Counted from the stretch's first letter, positions 1 to 11,690 are shown. The stretch is DNA of 64,000 nucleotides from Macrostomum lignano (GCA_002269645.1 NIVC01000417.1:62001-126000); one strand, 5' to 3'. Translations and numbers: made by a program. Notes: generated from the letters alone by a model not told the origin.

Positions 1-1177
1 GGGGAACGGGCGCAGGGACGGGCGAAAAAGAAACAGCAGGCATAGACGCATCAGGAACAGGCTCGTGCAAATGACATTCACCATACGGCACTGGCTCACG
101 CCGAAGTGCACTTGCCTGGTTCGCTGGTGTCGTGACCGGTCCACCTCCTGGCTGCACCTCCGGGATCGCTATAGGCCGGAAGTGCTATCGGAAGGCCGGC
201 CTTGCGTCATAGCCGTCACCATCGTCATCGTCGGGATCGTCCTGGTCGTCCTCGGGGATCGGGGCCAGGGTCGCGGGTCCTGGACCGTCGGGAACGTCGG
301 GCGGTCGCCGGCGCTTTTTTAGCTTATCGACTTCGGGGTCCGAAGTTCTCGTGTAGTCGGCGTCAGGCACGAGCAGAAGGTTCCGGCGATGGACGACTAG
401 CTTGTCTCGTCTTGCTCTTGGGTTGGGCAGTCTCCGTCGGATCTTGTAGACGACCTCGCCTTTGGGCTCGACGACTTCGTAAAGTGCTTTGCGAGGTCGA
501 AGAAACTTCGCTGCCTCGTCCGGTTCGAGCACCGGGTTGTTGATGAAGACCAGATCACCGGGTTGAAGCTTCTTGGCGGCGGGTAGGTTTGAGTAGTGCT
601 CGTCTCGCAGTTGCTGATGCAGATGCAGGCGCTCCTTGGCCAGCTCAGTCGCCTCGTCCAGGCGACGCTGGAAGTCCTTGACGTAGTCGGGCAGGTCAGC
701 ATACTCGGGCAGCTTCTTTAACGCGTTGTGGATCGGGAGACGGAAGTCGCGGCCAAACACCAGGTAGTGCGGCGTGAAATCTGTCACCGGGTGGACACGA
801 GCGGAGAGCCATCATACAGGCCGGGAGAAAGGTGTCCCAGTCGTTGTGGTTGCGCTCGAGTAGACAGGTGAGGACGCTCTTCAGCTGCTTGTTGAAGTTC
901 TCGACTTGTCCATTGGAAGCTGGGCTGTACGGTGTCTTGGTCGTATGCCGAATGCCAAACAGGTCGCAGAACTTCTTGAAGGCTGATCCGGTGAAGTTTG
1001 TGCCTTGATCGGTGTGTACCAGCAGGATACACCTGGCTTTCTGGCTTTCTGGTTTCTCATCGGGTAGGCGAATGGATACTTCGACGTCGTGTCGCACAAG
1101 GTCAGGATGTAGCGGTTGCCGCTCTTGCTCTTCAGTGCGATTGGTCCTACTAAATCACAGTCGATTCTACCTAGAAC

Positions 1178-2260
1178 CACAGATACTATAACCCTAGATA
1201 CGAGTAGTTCACTCTTGTTTAGATTTTTGCAACTACTCTTTGGTTAGTAGCGTGAACTACTTAGTCGCTGGGAAAAGTATGTAGCCCAAAGAGTATTGAG
1301 GTCGCCTAGTATAGAGTGCCAATAAGGATGAAAATCTGAAGCCGATTTTTAGAATCCACCCACCCCCTCCGGTCACCAAGCTTTTTAGTCTATGGCACAA
1401 GTTGTGGCTAGAATGGTGTACAAAGCCGATGCTCAGAAATATAAGACATTTCACACTTAGAAAATGCATGCATCAAATAAGCAAGACAACATCGCTCAGT
1501 CACCAGACTCAGTTGCCGTCGTCGATACACAACTCCGTAACAGCCATGCCATATAGTCCTTACGTCTGAACAACAACAGCCATGCCACTAAAGTGCGCGG
1601 TGGCTGGTTGCAATAACTGCGTTTCTGATGCATCTGTATCCTTCTTTCGTCTGCCTTTCAAGGACCTTCACTCTGCCTGTTTATCACTTATGTTTTTGTC
1701 TTTCCGACTCTGCTGCAAGAATCCTGCTCAACTTCTTTTCTCCTTACACAATGCAATCAATGTACGTACGGTTACAGTATAGATACAGAAATAAAGTCTT
1801 GAGGACGTTTTAAGCATACATGGTATTCGTCCAGCTACATTAGCTACTTGTATTTTTCTCATGCACTCTATGTATATTTTTGAGCATCGGCTTTGTACAC
1901 CATTCTAGCCACAACTTGTGCCATAGACTAAAAAGCTTGGTGACCGGAGGGGGTGGGTGGATTCTAAAAATCGGCTTCAAATTTTCATCCTTATTGGCAC
2001 TCTATATTAGGCGACCTCAATACTCTTTGATGTAGCCAAATGGGTGTCGCTTCGTTTGATCTCGTAAAAATTGAATTCGTGTACCCGTAGGCAGAGCCTT
2101 GCGTCAAAATTCTTTTTTGGAGCAACTAGCAATTTTTCTTGCCATGCGAACGCTGACGCTCACCCAAAGAGTAGACACTTTTTGAGCCATAGACTATAAC
2201 ACAAAAATGGCTTAACTCAATGCAGAGTGAAATATTTTTTATAGTGTTTAACTATCTGTG
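1178..2260. mobile_element. Outer non-autonomous DNA transposon (P- or hAT-like) inserted into the Gypsy integrase
   Basis: Ends CACAGATA...TATCTGTG; perfect 8-bp TSD CCTAGAAC at 1170-1177 and 2261-2268. Removing it rejoins the integrase as ...PVQSFPACEVLGRIDCDLVGP. Confidence 0.85.
1287..2029 (+). mobile_element. Inner P-element-like non-autonomous transposon with THAP-domain remnant
   Basis: ~157-bp TIRs (1287-1443 and 1873-2029, about 3 mismatches) starting CAAAGAG; 8-bp TSD ATGTAGCC at 1279-1286 and 2030-2037. ORF at 1582 starts MPLKCAVAGCNN...SFFRLP, a THAP N-terminus. Confidence 0.88.
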
Positions 2261-3613
2261 CCTAGAACTTCGCAGGCTGGGAAGCTCTGGACCGGAACTC
2301 TCTCTCTCGCCTTCGCGATTTACTTTCAAGACAAGTGCAACACTTCCTGATGAAGGTTTTGGTAGCACGGGCTAATCCGGCTCTCCAAAACCGTTCTCGT
2401 AGCCGCAGTAACGTCTTCGTCTCGCCAAGAATTTTCTCAGTTGCGTAACGGACTTGGCCCGTGCATCAAGTGCACGGGCCAATCACGGATCTGCGCAATC
2501 TTGTCCTCACAGTTCTTCAGGCCGTCGGGAGTCACGACGTAACCTAAATAATGCAGCTCATTGAGGAACAAATGACATTTCTTCGGCTTGACCTTGAGGT
2601 TGGCTGCGATGATACGCTGTAGTAGTACAGTCCGCAGGTTATCCAGCTGCTCCTCGAAGGTCACTGAGTGCACCACGATGTCGTCCATATAGCCAAGCGC
2701 AGTCTTTGGCGTCAGGCCGTCCAGGAGCTTATTGATGCAATGCTGAAAGCTGCCGGGACTGTCGTGGAGACCCATCGGTAGAACTTTAAAACAGAGTTGG
2801 CCGCGGTCAATCACTGAGAACGCCGTCAAGTGCTGGTCGCAGTCGCGCAGCGGGATCTGCTAGAATCCTTGAGCACGGTCCAAGCTGGAATACCACTTTG
2901 GCGTACTTTTTGGATAGACTGTGCTGTCGTAAACATTGAGTTCATTGAGTGCGGGTAATTTATGCCGGGTACTAACGCAGAACTACACTATATGATGCTG
3001 CATCGCATCTTGAGTACTCGGCCCATTCCGTGTTAGTGGAACCAAAAAACGCCAACCCCTTAAATGAGCGAGTGTAATCAATTCGTGGGCGACGCATGTA
3101 TAGTTACAATCAGACTGAATCAGAATTCTGCTGTAGCCTACTCTAGTAGAGTACATCATCTTTAGCAAGCGCATGTGTTTACAATATTCAGACGAGTCCA
3201 AGTTATCTGAAGTAAACACACCGGTCGGGCCTGGCGCTCAAGCTTTTGGCAGACTATAATAAACTCTCTTTTGGGGGCTGACAATAATAAAGAGATTGGC
3301 ATGGAAACGCATGAGACGCATTCACATAACTGAATCTAATACATGATTAGATGATTACATAACCAAAGAGTCTTTAAGATCTATCATAGCGCAGGGAAAA
3401 TACAATGTTGTGGCGGCCAGACTGTACGCAACCAGCAGCACCAGTGCAGCCGCACTGGAACCCCCCCCCCAACCTCTGTCTAGCTATATGCTTGACCTTT
3501 TGCGAAAAAAAACGTTTTTCGAATATTTAATCCCCTTGGCATACGCCACGATTTTATTTTGGGAGTGGGCCGCCAATATTTGGTATCGTGGTTGGTGCCC
3601 CTGTCTCTGGGTG

Positions 3614-4022
3614 CAGGCGCGTCGCCACCGGGGGGGGGACAAAGGAGACGTGTCCCCTCTATTAAAAGCTATGGGAGGGACATTCCATTGCTTTGTCCCC
3701 CCACCCCACCTTGTGACTAGTTGTGGTAGTCAATAATTTTTTTCTTCAGGGCGCCAAAATATAGCGCTTTCGGCGGCAAAATGAGTGCCTGCACCGCCAA
3801 AAGGAGTGCATGCGGCGCCAAATAAGTGCCTGCGGGGCTAAAAGGAATGCCTCTGGCGCTAAAAGGAATGCCTCTGGCGCTAAAAGGAATTCCTGCGGTG
3901 CCAAAATGAGCGCTGACAATACGATTCTCAAAATAATGGAAATTTAGGAGGAATTTAGTCCTGTATATGTACATGTTGAATTCTTGGCTTTGTCCACCAT
4001 AAAATCCATGGCGACGCCCCTG
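3614..4022. mobile_element. hAT-like MITE (409 bp)
   Basis: TIRs CAGG(C/G)GCGTCGCCA; perfect 8-bp TSD TCTGGGTG at 3606-3613 and 4023-4030; internal short GGCGC-containing repeats. Confidence 0.85.
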
Positions 4023-5320
4023 TCTGGGTGGGTCCTCTTGTCTCTTGGTGGGTCCTCTTGTCTCTTTGTGGGTCCTCTTGTCCTTTGATGGGTCCTCTTG
4101 TCTCTTTGTGGGTCCTCTTGTCTCTTGGTGGGTCGCCCTGTCTCTTGGTGGGTCGCCCTGTCTCTTGGTGGATGGGTGCCCCTGTCTCTTGGTGGATGGG
4201 TGCCCCTGTCTCTTGGTGGATGGGTGCCCCTGTCTCTTGGTGGATGGGTGCCCCTGTCTCTTGGTGCATGGGTGCCCCTGTCTCTTGGTGCATTGGTGCC
4301 CCTGTCTCTTGGTGCATGGGTGCCCCTGTCTCTTGGTGGATGGGTGCCCCTGTCTCTTGGTACATGGGTGCCCCTGTCTCTTGGTGCATTGGTGCCCCTG
4401 TCTCTTGGTGCATGGGTGCATGGCCCTGTCTCTTGGTGCATGGGTGCCCCTGTCTCTTGGTGCATTGGTGCCCCTGTCTCTTGGTGCATTGGTGCCCCTG
4501 TCTCTTGGTGCATTGGTGCCCCTGTCTCTTGGTGCATGGGTGCATGGCCCTGTCTCTTGGTGCATTGGTGCCCCTTGGTGCATTGGTGCCCTTGTCTCTT
4601 GGTGCATAGGTGCATGGCCCTGTCTCTTGGTGCATTGGTGCCCCTGTCTCTTGGTGCATGGGTGCATGGCCCTGTCTCTTGGTGCATTGGTGCCCCTGTC
4701 TCTTGGTGCATGGGTGCATGGCCCTGTCTCTTGGTGCATTGGTGCCCCTTGGTGCATTGGTGCCCTTGTCTCTTGGTGCATAGGTGCATGGCCCTGTCTC
4801 TTGGTGCATTGGTGCCCCTGTCTCTTGGTGCATGGGTGCATGGCCCTGTCTCTTGGTGCATTGGTGCCCCTGTCTCTTGGTGCATTGGTGCCCCTGTCTC
4901 TTGGTGCATTGGTGCCCCTGTCTCTTGGTGCATTGGTGCCCCTGTCTCTTGGTGCATGGGTGCATGGCCCTGTCTCTTGGTGCATTGGTGCCCCTGTCTC
5001 TTGGTGCATTGGTGCCCCTGTCTTTTGGTGCATTGGTGCCCCTGTCTTTTGGTGCATTGGTGCCCCTGTCTCTTGGTGCATTGGTGCCCCTGTCTCTTGG
5101 TGCATTGGTGCCCCTGTCTCTTGGTGCATTGGTGCCCCTGTCTCTTGGTGCATTGGTGCCCTGTCTCTTGGTGCATTGGTGCCCCTGTCTCTTGGTGCAT
5201 GGGTGCATGGCCCTGTCTCTTGGTGGGTGCCCCTGTCTCATGATGGGCGACCCTGTCTCATGATGGGCGACCCTGTCTCATGATGGGCGACCCTGTCTCA
5301 TGATGGGCGACCCTGTCACT
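4023..5320. repeat. Minisatellite with 20-24-bp units (core CCCTGTCTCTTGGTG)
   Basis: Tandem units such as GGTGCATTGGTGCCCCTGTCTCTT; accounts for the long low-complexity ORFs at 3717-5283. Confidence 0.95.
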
Positions 5321-7109
5321 TGGTGTCCCGCCCCTTGCCGGTGGATGCCACGTCCAAGATGTGGCAAAAGTTGAGCTCCCTTATCATTTGTCCAGCTCGG
5401 CTGCTTCTTTCATTCAGTTTTTGAATAAGAGAAATTATTGTGGCGGGGGGCGAATGGGGGGAGGGCGGTTCCCTGGCCCCTCTGCGTAAGGCACTGACTT
5501 TATCCTGCAGCTGCATGCAGACCAGCTTAAGCGGCGATTTTCATAAGCAGTTACTCTTGGGTGACTAATTTAAAGAGTTTTTTTAAGTGACCTTTTATTG
5601 ACCTTCGTTAACTTTTCGCACCCCAAATTCAATATAAAAATTTCATTCTTTAAATTTCAGCGTAATTATAGATAGCACTTTCCATATTAGGCAATTTAAA
5701 CTCCCCCGCACATACAGTGTACTTCCCGAATTCTAGAATGTTCTGCGAAACAGTAAATATACGCCAGACACTCAGCTAGAAGCCAACAAGTTTCTCTTTT
5801 GCTCTTTTAATCCTCTAAAATTGAACATCTTTAAAGAACCGCCGCCTTCACGCCACATTTATTTCAACTCGCTACAATCTAGCTGTTAGAAAAAAAGACT
5901 TTTCCTTTGCAACAAACTGCTGTCCGTTTGAAAGTTGTATAGTTTATCAAATCAGCCGCTTATGTCATAGGACATACAATTGTAACGTACGAGCGTGGGA
6001 TATAAAATTTACATAGAATCCTAAAATTTTCTAAACGAAAAGCCTTATCAATATCAAGATATAAAAGTAAAGGCATTTGGCCTATCATATTAACAGTAGG
6101 AATAACCAATTCATTTTTCCTCCCATCGAACTACCAAAAGGGAGCTAGTGATAAACCCCCCCCCCCGACAGTTTTTTTTGCTGCGCCGGAACGGAGCAAC
6201 ACAGGCACACGAAATTCAAGAACAGCGGCTAACTTTTTGTTTCGCACCTTTTCAACACAAGAATCAAGTCTTCAGCCCTCCGGACCGTCGAGATATTCGA
6301 CGATTCTGCCAGAAGGTCGGGTTTTTTCCATAAGCGCCAGTGTATTCAGTACACCCCTGTGCGCCAATTAGCACTGCGCCTCAGTGCAGCCTTGCCAAGC
6401 CTCCAAATTTCATCAGCACGTCGACCACATGTGTCTGCACCAGCTGTAACTTCGTTGGTCACTAGCCTTTACCCAGGCGGAGCTTCTGGACCTTCTACAG
6501 GTGGCACCAGGTGACTATGGACACTCTGTTGCAAATGTCTCTAGTTTCACTGATCAAGCCTCGACAGTGGGCAAGCCTCAACTGCTGGACATCCTCAGCT
6601 TAGTCTCTCAAGCATTCCGTCATCAAATTGACGCCGTCAGCACCTTCAACAGATTACACCAGGTGACTATGAAGATCCTGTTGCAACTAGGTCAGATTTT
6701 TTATCAAGCTTCAATAATGGGCAAATCTCAACTGCTGGACATCCTCAGCTAGTCTCTCAAGCATTCCGTCATCACCCCGACACCGTCGGCAACCTTCCAG
6801 AAGATGGGAACATGAGTATGGACGATCAAAAGAGATGATTTTTTTATTTTTAGCAATTTTAGTTTCCTTTAATTGATTTTCAGTCATAAAGTTGAAAAAA
6901 GCTTGATCAGTGACATCAGAGAATTTCGCATCAGGATGTCCATAGTCGCTTGGTGTAATCTGTTGAAGGTGCGGACGGCGTCGGGGTCATGACGCAATGC
7001 TTGAGAGACTAGCGTCATTAAGCTAAGCATGATTAAATAGATTCATAAAACCAATGAGTCGAGCTGTGCCATTCTAATGATTTTAGGCACAATACAAGTA
7101 CGATTGTAC

Positions 7110-7381
7110 AACAACAACAACAACAAAATACGCTGTCAGGATGGCAAAAGTCAGCGTCACAGGGCGCGCTTCATGGCTTGGGCGCGAACAAAGGCCGCGC
7201 CACCGGCAGTGTCCGGGGCGCCGGCGTCAGCCGGCAGACAGTCGACATAACGCCGAGTTCGCGCTTGACCTCGCCGGTAGGGTGCCTGCAGCGTGAGCAG
7301 CAGCACCTCCTGCACCGGCTGTGGGCAGTACGACTCGGCGCGGATGAGATGGCCTGCGAGCTGGAGTCGCCGACGGCGCAA
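7110..7381 (-). mobile_element. 5'-truncated RTE-type LINE (3' end only)
   Basis: Encodes RRRRLQLAGHLIRA...RRGQARTRRYVD, an RTE-like C-terminus; (TTG)n tail at 7110-7125; 11-bp TSD TACGATTGTAC at 7099-7109 and 7382-7392. Confidence 0.8.
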
Positions 7382-7483
7382 TACGATTGTACGTACTCGC
7401 ACAAATCATCAGAGGGATTCACTAATGACCAGACACCATTTGACAGGTGAAATTAAGCTATAGAAATTGCGGGATGACCATTT

Positions 7484-7493
7484 CTGATTGGCT
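7484..7493 (-). promoter_or_regulatory. Inverted CCAAT box (CTGATTGGCT) upstream of ORF A
   Basis: Starts 132 nt before the ATG at 7616; the same motif occurs at the same spacing before ORF B. Confidence 0.4.
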
Positions 7494-7615
7494 ACTAGAA
7501 GCAAATTTAAAAGCATGTTTCAAGCAAGCCAGAATTCTCTCTCTCTCTCATTCAGACTCTGGAATTCGATCTCTATGTAGGTTTAACCGTCATCAAGTTT
7601 CAGTTTGAACACAAA

Positions 7616-7936
7616 ATGATCAAATCTGCTTGTCTACTGTTGACCGCGTTGTCACTAACAATTATCTCAGACGTGGCTGGGACTACTTCAAGTAAGCCTA
7701 AGCAGGAGGAGGATGGCTTCGAAATGAATTTCCCACTGAGATATGTGCCACTGGGCTTAATCGTTTTTGTCCTGATATTTTTTGTCACTTACGTGTGCCT
7801 CGTGGTCAAATGCAAGATGGAGCCCTGGCAACCGTTTCGTTGTCTATGGGAAAACTCGGCAGTTGTGGACCTCGACTCGGCTCTGGACTGGAACTGCGAA
7901 GAAACTCGAATTGACGTGGAAGCTTCGGCGCTCTGA
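7616..7936 (+). CDS. Small putative type I single-pass membrane protein A (106 aa)
   Basis: ATG in A-rich context; signal-peptide-like N-terminus (ACLLLTALSLTII); short acidic ectodomain; TM segment VPLGLIVFVLIFFVTYVCLVV followed by KCK. Non-repetitive; upstream CCAAT box. Confidence 0.6.
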   Translation: MIKSACLLLTALSLTIISDVAGTTSSKPKQEEDGFEMNFPLRYVPLGLIVFVLIFFVTYVCLVVKCKMEPWQPFRCLWENSAVVDLDSALDWNCEETRIDVEASAL

Positions 7937-8274
7937 CTGACAGCTGGTCGTGACACCAACTGCAAAGTCAGTGCACACTGCATACTTTTAACAAATGGTT
8001 AGATTTCATAGGACTCTGATAAGTCCTCTGAGACTCTAAATCTTGCCACTAGTTCATGAAGCAAATACAACAAATACAAGCTGGTCACGCTAGAGATACC
8101 AAAGAGTAATTAGAGTTCTCAACCGGAGTACCTAAACCTTAACCTAAACGTGTGTTCATTGATGCGTTTCCTGTGCACAGGCAGAATTCGCTTTGGTTTA
8201 TTGTATCAAAATTGCCTACGTCAGTAAAAGCGTTAATAAAAACTTTGTGCTCTGTGTAAACTAGAGGGGGGAGG

Positions 8275-8345
8275 GAGCGGCGTAGCCCAGTGCTCTAGCG
8301 CGGTGCTCTGATGTGCCAGCGGCCCAGGCTCGATTCCAAGTGCAG
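8275..8345 (+). mobile_element. Degenerate tRNA-derived SINE-like head
   Basis: A-box-like TAGCCCAGTG and B-box-like GGCTCGATTCC at tRNA-like spacing; no intact cloverleaf. Confidence 0.4.
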
Positions 8346-8559
8346 TCACATTAATTTGGGGTTAAATTTGAATCTCGGCTTGGCTCTGCTTGTGCAATTA
8401 ACTGCCTCGAGGGCCAGCCCCCAAGGCGCAGTGAAGTGTACATGCCTAACGCTGTACACTCCTGTGTGAGTGTGGGCCTGTGCGTGTGACTGCGTACGCA
8501 TCCCAGGATATGTGTCTTGAAGCTGCTCTAGCTAACCCATAAACCCATGCCATATCGCC

Positions 8560-8895
8560 AGCCTGCTGAACAAGCACTGCAGTCTTGGAGGCGACACGGC
8601 TGTATGTGCCCCACCACAATGGAGCACAAAGATCGTTTCGATCCCAAAGAAGGGGCCTCTACAAGCCTGGACAACCAGCGTGGCATCGCGCTGGAGTGCG
8701 CCATGGCGAAGCTGCTGAATGCAGCGCTCCGCAACCGCCTCATACCTGGCCTCAACCAGATGCTGTTGAGTCTTCAGAGCGGCTTCCGACCTTGAAGGTC
8801 CACCACAGAGCAGGTCGCGACCATCCGCACCGTCATCGGGGCCTGCAAGACCTGCCAACGTGCCGTGTCTTCGTGGAATTCTACAAGGCGTTCGA
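8560..8895 (+). mobile_element. Decayed RTE-type LINE RT N-terminal fragment
   Basis: PKEG..DNQRGIALECAMAKLLN...QSGFRP*RSTTEQVATIR and FVEFYKAFD across frames, with a stop and frameshifts. Confidence 0.85.
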
Positions 8896-8946
8896 TAGAT
8901 AGATAGATAGATGGACCTGTACAGTGATTCCAGGGCATTTGTCCAG

Positions 8947-9330
<384 letters not shown>

Positions 9331-9863
9331 CCAAGAGCAATAGGTTGCTCTGATGTTGAACATTAGATCGAACGATTCTATCCGATCTAGATAGATAGCT
9401 ACTAGTTTAAAGCGTACCAAACACATTTGACACAACCAACATTCCAGAGAATCCAGAAAAACACATTACAAACACATTCCAAACAAACGCATTTCAGTCA
9501 AATCAGTTTCAGGTGTGACATCCAATCCTGACATCCTCTAAGTCACGGGCATTTTCTTTTCAAAAGTCACGTGTTGGCAGCCCCAGACATATCTGGAGAC
9601 CACGGGACTCCTCCTTTAGCGTGTTCTATAATCAAGTAATTATAGAGATTAGCGTAAATCCCTGTGATTATCAAGTTAACCTTAAGCGCAATACTAATCA
9701 TAATCAGAATGAGTAAGATTTACTAGAATGAAAAAAGTGGCTAGAATGACTTAAAAGTGACTAAAAGTGACTATGGAATGACTAAAGGGGACTAGAATGA
9801 CTAAAGGGGACTAGAATGACTAAAGGGGACTAGAATGACTAAAACTTACCATAATCTATCGAG

Positions 9864-11020
9864 TAGAGTGACTAGATTGCCAAAATAGAATAGAGTGACT
9901 AGATTGCCAAAATAGAATAGAGTGACTAGATTGCCAAAATAGAATAGAGTGACTAGATTGCCAAAATAGAATAGAGTGACTAGATTGCCAAAATAGAATA
10001 GAGTGACTAGATTGCCAAAGTAGAATAGAGTGACTAGATTGCCAAAATAGAATAGAGTGACTAGATTGCCAAAATAGAATAGAGTGACTAGATTGCCAAA
10101 GTAGAATAGAGTGACTAGATTGCCAAAATAGAATAGAGTGACTAGATTGCCAAAATAGAATAGAGTGACTAGATTGCCAAAATAGAATAGAGTGACTAGA
10201 TTGCCAAAATAGAATAGAGTGACTAGATTGCCAAAATAGAATAGAGTGACTAGATTGCCAAAATAGAATAGAGTGACTAGATTGCCAAAATAGAATAGAG
10301 TGACTAGATTGCCAAAATAGAATAGAGTGACTAGATTGCCAAAATAGAATAGAGTGACTAGATTGCCAAAATAGAATAGAGTGACTAGATTGCCAAAATA
10401 GAATAGAGTGACTAGATTGCCAAAATAGAATAGAGTGACTAGATTGCCAAAATAGAATAGAGTGACTAGATTGCCAAAATAGAATAGAGTGACTAGATTG
10501 CCAAAATAGAATAGAGTGACTAGATTGCCAAAATAGAATAGAGTGACTAGATTGCCAAAATAGAATAGAGTGACTAGATTGCCAAAATAGAATAGAGTGA
10601 CTAGATTGCCAAAATAGAATAGAGTGACTAGATTGCCAAAATAGAATAGAGTGACTAGATTGCCAAAATAGAATAGAGTGACTAGATTGCCAAAATAGAA
10701 TAGAGTGACTAGATTGCCAAAATAGAATAGAGTGACTAGATTGCCAAAATAGAATAGAGTGACTAGATTGCCAAAGTAGAATAGAGTGACTAGATTGCCA
10801 AAATAGAATAGAGTGACTAGATTGCCAAAATAGAATAGAGTGACTAGATTGCCAAAATAGAATAGAGTGACTAGATTGCCAAAATAGAATAGAGTGACTA
10901 GATTGCCAAAATAGAATAGAGTGACTAGATTGCCAAAATAGAATAGAGTGACTAGATTGCCAAAATAGAATAGAGTGACTAGATTGCCAAAATAGAATAG
11001 AGTGACTAGATTGCCAAAAT
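9864..11020. repeat. 27-bp tandem array TAGAGTGACTAGATTGCCAAAATAGAA (~43 copies)
   Basis: Near-perfect head-to-tail units with no spacers. Confidence 0.98.
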
Positions 11021-11423
11021 TTCTTTCACAGAGAGACCAAGAGGAAATTTGCTTCACTAGCTACTCATTAGTAGGCGATCAGTTTTACCGAAGGGATTTA
11101 ATTAACCAAAGGCAGCTAGAAACGACTAACTAACACCTGTACAGCTAGACGCCTCAATAGTTTGTCGTGAGCTATTGAAGCCGAGGCCTAGAATTGAGCT
11201 AGGGATCCTGGAAGATTGAGTCGGCTGTAAGGGAGTTGATGAAGCTGCTCACGGATGAAGCATGCTCTGGGAGTAGTTGGGATCGTGGCCGTGAGATGTC
11301 AAGAAGGCAAATGTCTCCGCCCATTGCTTGTTGCCAGCAGTGACGACTTCAGGGTGACTCTGCGTTTCAGAATTGCGAATCTTTTACTCACGATCGCAAA
11401 CATCCCCTACATGTAACTTGAGT

Positions 11424-11690
11424 TGTCACTCTGTTGTCACTCGGTTGTCACTCTAGTCCTTGACCCTCACAGCCACTCGGGTCCTGGACTCTAACTGTCA
11501 CTCTATTGTCACTTTAGTCCTGAACTTCCACAGTCATTCTATTGTCACTCTGGTCCTGGACTCTAACTGTCACTCGATTGTCACTCTAGTCCTGGACTCT
11601 CACAGTCATTCTATTGTCACTCTAGTCCTGGACTCTCACAGTCATTCTATTGTCACTCTAGTCCTAGACTAACAGTCACTGACGATATGC
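11424..11690. repeat. 36-bp tandem array TGTCACTCTAGTCCTGGACTCTCACAGTCATTCTAT
   Basis: About 6 degenerate units; the core GTCACTCTA is the reverse complement of the 27-bp array core. Confidence 0.85.

Larger units (their letters stand above)
185..2990 (-). mobile_element. Degenerate Ty3/Gypsy LTR retrotransposon pol: RT ~2990-2437, integrase Zn finger ~2430-2269, integrase core and C-terminus 1169-185; frameshifted and interrupted
   Basis: RT motifs LPMGLHDSPGSFQ, LGYMDDIVV and LHYLGYVV. Integrase motifs KTLLRLRERFW..CCTC, RIDCDLVGP, HTDQGTNF, PYSPASNGQVENFN and TDFTPHYLVFGRD. The RT-then-INT order is that of Gypsy. Confidence 0.92.

Noticed and set aside
2983-3219. 78-aa ORF upstream of the Gypsy RT
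   Set aside because: No recognisable gag, protease or other motif.
3717-5283. Six long overlapping ORFs (up to 478 aa)
   Set aside because: They are translations of a stop-free minisatellite in all frames, with no domain signal.
9846-11057. 403-aa ORF (FGNLVTLFY)n and a CRISPR-like regular array
   Set aside because: It is a pure 27-bp tandem repeat without unique spacers, in a eukaryotic context with no cas genes.
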